From positions 33,790,001 to 33,854,000 of the forward strand of contig NW_027361673.1 of the NCBI RefSeq assembly GCF_039654945.1: a DNA stretch of 64,000 nucleotides. The letters run 5' to 3'. Positions 55,614 to 64,000 of the stretch are shown here, one piece after another. Each line of letters opens with the position of its first letter. Positions within the stretch are counted from its first letter, which is position 1. Below the pieces are notes generated by a model. It was not told the origin of the DNA and ran no database searches. It saw nothing but the letters and a program-made list of their open reading frames with translations. The position numbers and the translations under genes were made by a program. Source of the DNA: Dendrobates tinctorius (taxonomy: Eukaryota).

Positions 55614-57002
55614 TTAGACAGGAGATTGCAGGCACATCAGCTTCAGGCTTAGCAAAGTGTTTAAGAGCTTAAAAGTTTCAAATGTTCTGCCTGTAATCAG
55701 CTGTACATGAACATGTGCAAGACACCATGTGCTGAAAACTCATGGAAATAAGCACCTATATAGCACTGAATGCAACCGAACAATACACAATATAAATAAG
55801 AAATAGAAAACTACAGATTCATCTAAAATTACCATATGCATGTAAACAGCATAAATAAACTGGTTTATACTATCCAGATTTTTTTTCTATGGGTCTAAGA
55901 ACTAACAGGCAGGTAGTTGCTAACTACTTGCTTGTTGTGCCTGATGCCGACTTCTGCTGACATAGAGCAGAGACAACAGAGCAGAGGCTTCTCTTCCACT
56001 CTGCTCTGTTGATGGGATGTGACGGTGGACATCATGCTGATTGACAGCCGCCTCCCGCTGCCTGATTGTAGCAAACTGGCTGTCAATCAGCATGACGTCA
56101 GCAGTCACATCCCACTGACAGAGCAGCCTGGAAGAGAAAGAGCTACTATGTTGACATGGAACAGTCGGTGACCAGTCTTAAGCCAGCACTGGGTAGAACA
56201 AGCAGGTAGTTGACTTTGTTAGCACCTACCTGCTTTTTTTTTTTACTACAGGACTATAAACTAATAGTCCTGCACTACTCCTTTTAACGAAGTACAAACT
56301 TCAATGTCTAGTAGATGGACACAGGAAGGTCTTGAGACAGGTCTAGAGAATGGCCTGACAGGAGGATCCCCCCCTCCGTCAATCATACACCCTTGATTTT
56401 GAGGTCACATTGACCATTAAAAAAAAAAAAGTGAAAACAAATGTTTTAAAGATTTATTCTTGCTTCTGGAGAGATATAGTAAATATGAAGGGAATATAGG
56501 TGCATATAAAGGCATCTACCTAGACGCATATAGATAGCTGTTTATGGTTGGGTACAGCAGTCATATTGAACCATTAATGCCAAAAAAATCTGTGGTATGC
56601 ACATATGGGTCAGCAGCAAGGCCCAACCATTGTACTGATGGCTACACTTACACTGTAGAGGCAATACTGTCTGAAATACAAGGATTTTATAGCTACAAAC
56701 TGCACTTATGTGAAAAAACAGGCTGCAATGGACAATAAATGATGAGGTGCTTGGCTGTGCCCGTAACATTTGTTTTTTTCATTTGTAGTCAAGCATTGTG
56801 TCTAAAGATTATTTTCTTTTACTCACTTTATTGAAAAGTAATGTGAACTTGTGCAAACAGTAAGTACAAATAATCCTCACATATTACAATACCAAGACAT
56901 ATTGCACAAAAAATAGCACTTTTTCAACCATACAGAGAAAAATAGCTGTAATATAAAATAAAAACACTTTAAAATCATGTTGCAGGTTTCCTTCAAGCAC
57001 TG

Positions 57003-58135
57003 TACACTACTGGCACAGGGCAGTGGTGACCTTACTGTATAGTAGCGACACAGAGCAGTGGTGAACTTACTGTATAGTACCGGCACAGAGCAGTGGTGAC
57101 CTTACTGCACAGTACTGGCACAAAGCAGTGGTGACCTTACTGTATAGTAGCGACACAGAGCAGTGGTGAACTTACTGTATAGTACCGGCACAGAGCAGTG
57201 GTGACCTTACTGTATAGTAGCGACACAGAGCAGTGGTGAACTTACTGTATAGTTCCGGCACAGCGGAGTAGTGACCTTACTGTATAGTACCGGCACAGAG
57301 CAGTGGTGACCTTACTGCACAGTACCGGCACAAAGCAGTGGTGACCATACTGTATAGTAGCGACACAGAGCAGTGGTGAACTTACAGTATAGTTCCGGCA
57401 CAGCGGAGTAGTGACCTTACTGTATAGTACCGGCACAGAGCAGTGGTGACCTTACAGTATAGTACCAGCACAGAGCAGTGGTGACCTTACAGTATAGTAC
57501 CGGCACAGAGCAGTGGTGACCTTACTGTATAGTACTGGCACAGAGCAGTGGTGACCTTACTGTATAGTACTGGCACAGAGCAGTGGTGACCTTACTGTAT
57601 AGTACCGGCACAGAGCAGTGGTGACCTTACTGTATAGTACCGGCACAGAGCAGTGGTGACCTTGCTGTATAGTAGCGACAACAGTGGTGACCTTATTGTA
57701 TAGTAGCGACACAGAGCAGTGGTGAACTTACTGTATAGTTCCGGCACAGCGGAGTGGTGACCTTACTGTATAGTTCTGGCACAGAGCAGTGGTGACCTTA
57801 CAGTATAGTACCGGCACAGAGCAGTGGTGACCTTACAGTATAGTACCGGCACAGAGCAGTGGTGACCTTACGGTATAGTACCAGCACAGAGCAGTGGTGA
57901 CCTTACTGTATAGTACCAGCACAGAGCAGTGGTGACCTTACTGTATAGTACCGGCACAGAGCAGTGGTGACCTTACTGCACCTTACTGGCACAAAGCAGT
58001 GGTGACCTTACTGTATAGTACCGGCACAGAGGAGTGGTGACCTTACGGCACAGTACTGGCACAGAGCAGAGGTGACTTTACTGTACAGTTCCGGAACAGA
58101 GCAGTGGTGACCTTACTGCACAGTACCGGCACAGA
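57003..58135 (+). repeat. 35-bp minisatellite (cggcacagagcagtggtgaccttactgtatagtac)n, ~32 copies
   Basis: Period verified at 57081, 57291 and 57431 (multiples of 35). Confidence 0.95.
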
Positions 58136-59202
58136 GCTCCACCCCTCTCCTGTCTACTTAGAATAGTAATGGGAAAGTCTGTCATCGCTGAATACATATT
58201 TCCTCATAAATTGTAGCTTGCGACCATAGCCCTCACTCCTCTTGGTATCTGTTGAATTATGTGTTACGCTGTAATGCTTTGTCTGTACAAGTTCCCTCTG
58301 AATTGTGAAGTGCTGTGGAATATGTTGGCGCTGTAGAAATAAAAATTAGTATACTGTGTTGTATGGGGCTTAGCACTGTCCTGTCAGTGGTGCAGAGCTT
58401 GAGAAAACAACGACGTAATTTGTATGAAAATAAGGAGTATTTATGCGAGTGTAATGCACGTTGTCCCATACCCACCAGTAGCCGGTTTCACCTGTTTTCC
58501 GCCTTTCTTTGGCACCATGGTAGTGAAGTTGTGACCTGCCAAATCACATTGGTTTGGTTGCTGTGCGAAGTGGAGGTCACTTTTTAAAGTCTTCTCAATG
58601 GCTGCCTATGACAATTCAGAGCCAGGTTCTGCGACCAGTCCATGCATTGTGATCCGTGCTTCGACTGAATTGCAAGGACGTCTACATGAGCCCTAAGGTT
58701 GTATTTTTCTTTTCTTTCTTTTTTTAATAATATCTAAATCGACTAAAACAAAACTGAATCGTTTTGCAGTATTATCAATAGCATAATATGTCAAATATTA
58801 TCTTAGTGGCTAGTGTATAATTCAGGTGCTTTACAAATAAAATAGGTATACAGAATATATTATGGTAAATTTATCTGATTTTTTGAAAAAATCTGGGTAG
58901 GAATACATAATGTGTTCCTTTAAAACAGAGAATGTCAAATTTAGAAAAAAAAAAAGCCCAACATAACCTTAGAGAAAAGTCCAATCAATTATAGTCAAGT
59001 TCTTTCTACATCTCTTCTCCCAAGAGTTAGGTTAATCAGGCTCCCTGGAGAATTGTATGCATTCATATGTAAAAGTACAATAAAAAGACTGCAAAAAAGG
59101 AAGATATACTGGGTATTTTCCTTACTTAAAGAATCTATGTACATGGATCACGATATAACCACTGATCGTTTAAATGTCTGTTTACGCAGGGAGGCCAAAG
59201 TA

Positions 59203-60455
59203 CAGGGTTTGGACAAAATAATGGAAACACCTTACGTTTTGGCATCATAATCTTCGAACATGTTATAAACATGCTAACTGTGACATATGGTAATGTTTTG
59301 TAGTTGATTATTTGTGTTATGTGAGATGTGTATGCAAATTAACTGTTTGTTTTGCAGAATTGTAAGAACATTGATGAAAACCTGATACCAATGGCAGACC
59401 TCTCGGATTTTCAAAGAGGCCAAATTGTTGGTGCTCGTATGGCAGGCGCTAGTGTAACAGAAAGTGCCCGAATGCTTGGCGTGTCAAGAGGTACTGTCTT
59501 CAAAGTAATGACTGCGTATGAAAGAGAAGGAAAAACGTCCGCAGCAAAGCACAGGTCCGGCCGAAAGTCGAAGTTGACTGAGAGAGACCGACAGACTCTA
59601 AAGTGAATTGGGAGAGAGGATCGCAAGACCACGGCTCCGAAAATTACTGCTGAGCTCAATGAACACCTACAGAACCCAGTTTCCACGAAAAAATGTTCGT
59701 CAGGAGCTGCACAAATCTGGATTCCACGGAAGAGCTGCAATTCGAAAACCGCTGTTCTCAATGACAAATGTTTCCAAGCGTTTAGAGTGGTGTAGAAACC
59801 TCCAAAATAGGTCCCTCAAGTAGTGGAAACGTGATATTCTCAGACGAATCGTTTACCCTATTTCCGACCTCCGGCCGAGTGTACGTTTGGAGATAGCCGA
59901 AAGAAACATTCCATCCAGACTGCCTTCTCCCAACTGTAAAACATGGCTGAGGTTCTGTGATGATCTGGGGTGCTCTTTTGTGGAGATCCGCCGGGCCAAA
60001 GATATCCCTTCATGGAAGAATTAACAGCCGCTATTATTTAGGCATTTTGGGCGACCAAGTGCATCCTATGGTTCAAGCACTGTTCCCGGAGGGGAACGCC
60101 ATCTTTCAGGATGATAGTGCACCAATTCATACTGCTAGAATCGTTAAAGCATGGCACGAGGAACATTGTAATGAAGTTGAGCATCTCATCTGGCCTTCAC
60201 AATCCCCAGACCTCAACATTATTGAGCATTTATGTCCGATTTTAGAGATTCAAGTTAGATGTCGATTTCCGCCCCCATCATTGCTCAAAGAACTGGAGGG
60301 TGTTTTAACTGAAGAATGGGCTACAATTCCCACCTTATATGAATCCATACCTCGGAGAATTGAGGCTGTAATCGCCGCAAAAGGTGGACCTACACCATAA
60401 TAAACTAACTTTTGTTGATGTTTCCAGGTGTTTCCATTATTTTGTCCAACCCCTG
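59203..60455 (+). mobile_element. Full-length defective Tc1/mariner element, DD36E (Incomer-like), copy B
   Basis: ta|cagggtttggacaaaataatggaaacacc ... ggtgtttccattattttgtccaacccctg|ta; 36 residues between the D of FQDDSAP and the E of DLNIIE; 1253 bp. Confidence 0.92.
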
Positions 60456-60838
60456 TAAATGATGCGCACCAAACGATCTGCAATAGGTCGCTCAAGGCTC
60501 ATAGACCGCTATGGATCTCAGCAGTGCGAGTCCCGTTTACAAAAGATCATGTCATCTTATGAGCGAACATTTTACTCGTTCATTGGGCGATAGGTTGCCG
60601 TTTACACTGTATGAAAATCGTGAAACAAGAGTTTTTATGAGCACTTGTTCATGATTATCTTTAAATAGTAAATGCAGCTCAAGACTAGCAAAAGGACAAA
60701 GAAAAAAATCTAATGTAAGATATAAAAATGTGGTGAATTAAACATAAAAACCAATAATGATTTATAAACTTAATAAAAGTGTTTTCCGTTTTTAGGAGAG
60801 TTGTGTCCGCAGGTGCTGCTGGTTGTAAGTAGAGTTAA

Positions 60839-61126
60839 AGGGAATCTGTCACCCCTTTTTTCGAATATGAGCTGCCGCCACCGACATCAGGGGCTTATCT
60901 ACAGCATTCTGTAATGCTGTAGATAAGCCCCCAATGTAAACTGAAAGATAAGAAAAACACGTTAGATTATACTCACCCAGGGGGCGGTCCGGTCCGATGG
61001 GTGTCGCGGTCCGGTGCCTCCCATCTTCATACGTTGCCGTCCTCTTCTTTCCTTCCTGTCGTGGCTCCGGCACAGGCGCACTGCTCTGCCCTGTTGAGGG
61101 CAGAGCAGAAAACTGCAGTGCGCAGG
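60839..61126. mobile_element. Left arm of a Kolobok/T2-type MITE
   Basis: ttaa|agggaatctgtcacc; the sequence stops at gcagtgcgcagg where DIRS sequence begins. Confidence 0.7.
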
Positions 61127-64000
61127 CCCCCTTGCCGGCTGAGGAAGTCAGCCGCCCAATTTTCCACGCCTGGGATGTGGACCGCCGATATTACCGAATG
61201 GTTCCTCTCGGCCCAGTGAAGCACGTGCCCCACCTCGCGCATGGCTGCCCTGCTGCGCGTGCCCCTTTGATGACTTACGTAAGCCAACGCCGTGGCGTTG
61301 TCTGATTGTATCTGAACAGGGCGTCCTGCTAGAAGGTGCTGAAAATTCTGCAGCGCCAGCCGGATCGCTCGTATTTCCAACAAATTGATCGGGAGGTGCG
61401 CCTCCTGTTGCGACCATTGTCCCTGAGTCGATTGGTGGCGAAACACAGCTCTCCAGCCGAGGAGGCTGGCGTCGGTTGTGACCACCAGCCACCGATCCGG
61501 GGGAAATGGCTTCCCTTGAAGAAAGGAGGACATGATCGTCCACCACTCTAGTGACTGTCTGACCTGCGAGGATAGGCGGCACTGATGATTGAGTGTGAAT
61601 GGGTTGTCCCAAGATGACAAGAGAGCATGCTGTAGGGGGTGAAGATGAAATTGGGCAAACGAAATTGCTTCCATTGCTGCCACCATCTTCCCTAGTATCC
61701 TCATCCCGAACCGAATTTTGTGAGGGACTGGCTGTCGAAGCTTCTGGACACCTTGCCGGAGCGTTAGGGCTTTGTCTTGAGGGAGAATTACTAACCCTCG
61801 GGAGGTGTCGAAGATCATCCCTAAAAAGGAAATCCTCTGGGCTGGGACAAGGGATGATTTTTTTCCTGTTGACCAACCACCTTAAGCGGGAGAGTGTATC
61901 CAGCGTGATGCTAACGCTCTCCTTGCATGCCCGAAATGAGGGGCCCTTCACCAAGAGGTCGTCTAAGTATGGCAAGACGACTATGCCCCGAGAGTGTAAG
62001 ACGGCCATCACGACTGCCATCACCTTTGTGAATACTCTGCGAGCGGTGGCTAGCCCGAAGGGCAGTGCTGCAGACTGGAAATGTTGGCCATTGATGGCGA
62101 ACCGTAGAAATCTTTGATGAGGACGAAAAATGGGAACGTGCAGGTAGGCATCCTGAATGTCGACCGAGGCCAGGTATTCTCCCTGCCCCATGGCCGATAT
62201 AACTGAACGGAGAGATTCCATTCTGAAATGTTTGATCCTGATGAACTTGTTCAGGAGTTTTAGATCCAAAACTGGCCTGACTGTCCCGTCCTTTTTGGGG
62301 ACTGCGAACAGATTGGAATAAAAACCCTGAGTCTTCTCGTGCTCTGGTACGGGAACGATGACTCCATTGTGCTGGAGTGAATTGATGGCCCCGAGCAGTG
62401 CTTTGGCCCGGGGCTCCCCTCTGGGAAGTTGGGACAGAAAAAAACATTTTGGGGGATACCTGATAAACTCTATCTTGTACCCCGAGGATACCAGTTCCGC
62501 CACCCATGAGTCGTGTGCTACCTTGACCTAGACATAGCGAAACCAGAGCAGGCGGCCGCCTACCCTGCTGATGTCGCCTAAACGGCGCTCTGAGCCATTT
62601 AGCTGAGGCCTTCTGGGCCCTGGATCCCCTCGGCCTGGGCTGGCGAGCCCGCATTCTCCCCAATGGGTTGGCTCTATATGAGACCTGTCGCTCCCTATCC
62701 TGATTGGGGTGACTTGGAGCGGCAGAGCTAGCTCCTGCCGACCATCCGAAGTTGCGAAAGGCCCGAAACCGTGCCGGAGGCTGACGAAACGGCTGTTTAA
62801 TCTTGTGCTACGGAAGGAAGCTACGTTTTCCCCCTGTAGAATCGGAGATTAGTTGATCCAACCTTTCCCCGAACAGGCGGTCTCCCTGATAACGCAGGGA
62901 AGTCAAGGACTTCTTGGAAATAGAATCAGCCCGCCATGTTCTTAACCATAGGGCTCTCCTAATGGCTACTGCGTTTGCGGCTGCAAGTGCCGTACAACTG
63001 GCCACATCCAAGGAAGCACTTATTAAGTAATCCCCAGCCATAGCAATCTGACTCGTGATTTCTGATACCTCCGCAGGCGGGTCTCTATCCTGCAAGATTT
63101 TATTTAATGACTCTGACCATGACATCATGGCCTTGGCTACCCATGTTGCCGCGAACGAGGGAGAGCTGATCCTGACGCCTCAAAAACGGAGCGAGCTAAA
63201 CTCTCTATGAGACGATCAGTGGGGTCCTTAATGGACGAGCCACTAGGTACAGATAACAAGGTTTTCGAGGCCAGGCGTGACACTGGTGGATCCACCACTG
63301 GGGATTCCACCCATTTCTTACGGAGCTCTGGGGCAAACGGATATCTCGCCTCTATTGTCTAATGACCCGAAAAAACGCCTATCCGGCCGTTCCCTGTGAC
63401 GCTGTACTACGTCCTCAAATTCTGGGTGAGTGCCAAACACTCTGTGCGGTCGCTTAGCCAGCTTAAAGGATACCTTATGGCTTGAGGCCAGGGTGACCTC
63501 ATCCTCAACCCCCAGGGTCTGATTAGCAGCTTCAATGAGGCTGTCAACTGTTTCTCGACACCCCGGGGGTATCTAGGTCCAGTGGCTCGTTTGAGTCACA
63601 ATCTGAACTCTGTCTGCTCCCGACAACTGGTGAAGGAGAGCGCGATGTCGAGGCACCGGATGGGCCAGGAGATACTGTGTGGGTTCGTTTCCTGTGCGCC
63701 TGCCTGGAATGAGAGCGGCCCCTGCAGGTCGGAGGCTCCTGTGAGTTGGAGGACCCTTCCCAGATAAGCGAGCCACTATCCTTGCCCCTATCTGGGGCGC
63801 GAAGAGACTCGATCTCCCTTGTAAGCGATGCCATAGACTGCGATAGTGATAAGGCCCATTCCGGAGGATTTGAATCACTGGGCTCGATCGCAGGGGAGGG
63901 CTCCTGGGCGCGTTCGGAGTTGCAGGCTTCACACAATTTGCTGCCCTTAGCCCGCGGAAACGAAGCCCTACAGGAGATGCATGCAGCGTAAAGGAATGTG
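61127..64000 (-). mobile_element. DIRS1-like retrotransposon (gag-like ORF, RT, RNase H), defective and 3'-truncated; continues beyond the window
   Basis: GFYSNLFAVPKKDG.VRPVLDLK, DIQDAYLHVPI, ALPFGL, PYLDDLL; RNase H TTDASLLGW, INLLEIRAI, SDNATA, HIPGVENWAADFLSR; gag-like AIRRALWLRTW...LFGERLD; frameshift near 61860. Confidence 0.92.

Noticed and set aside
57003-58135. CRISPR-like appearance of the 35-bp repeats
   Set aside because: Units are contiguous with no unique spacers, there are no cas genes, and the context is eukaryotic

Overview
Eukaryotic, repeat-dense vertebrate DNA. The TE repertoire (CR1, L2, Rex1, DIRS, Tc1, TTAA- and TWA-flanked MITEs) suggests an anuran amphibian; this is inference. 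The only host gene I can support is the 3' part of mrpl3 (mitochondrial ribosomal protein L3) on the minus strand. It has four coding exons with GT-AG boundaries (49268-49376, 45247-45324, 45057-45134, 21393-21542) and an AATAAA at 21122-21127; upstream exons apparently lie beyond 64000. Its introns and 3' flank are filled with nested mobile elements: three long piggyBac-like non-autonomous elements carrying internal satellite arrays and telomere-like repeats, several Tc1 elements (DD34E and DD36E), a Gypsy LTR element with an intact TSD, L2, CR1, Rex1 and DIRS retroelements, many palindromic MITEs and minisatellites. Almost all ORF-track entries are TE fragments or noise. I found no new protein-coding system. 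The most unusual signals are a 498-bp near-perfect CpG-rich palindrome, recurrent TAA/TTA-mismatched target duplications, a multi-element nest inside a minisatellite, a shared CR1 deletion breakpoint and degenerate hammerhead-like motifs. All family assignments come from motif recognition, not database searches.
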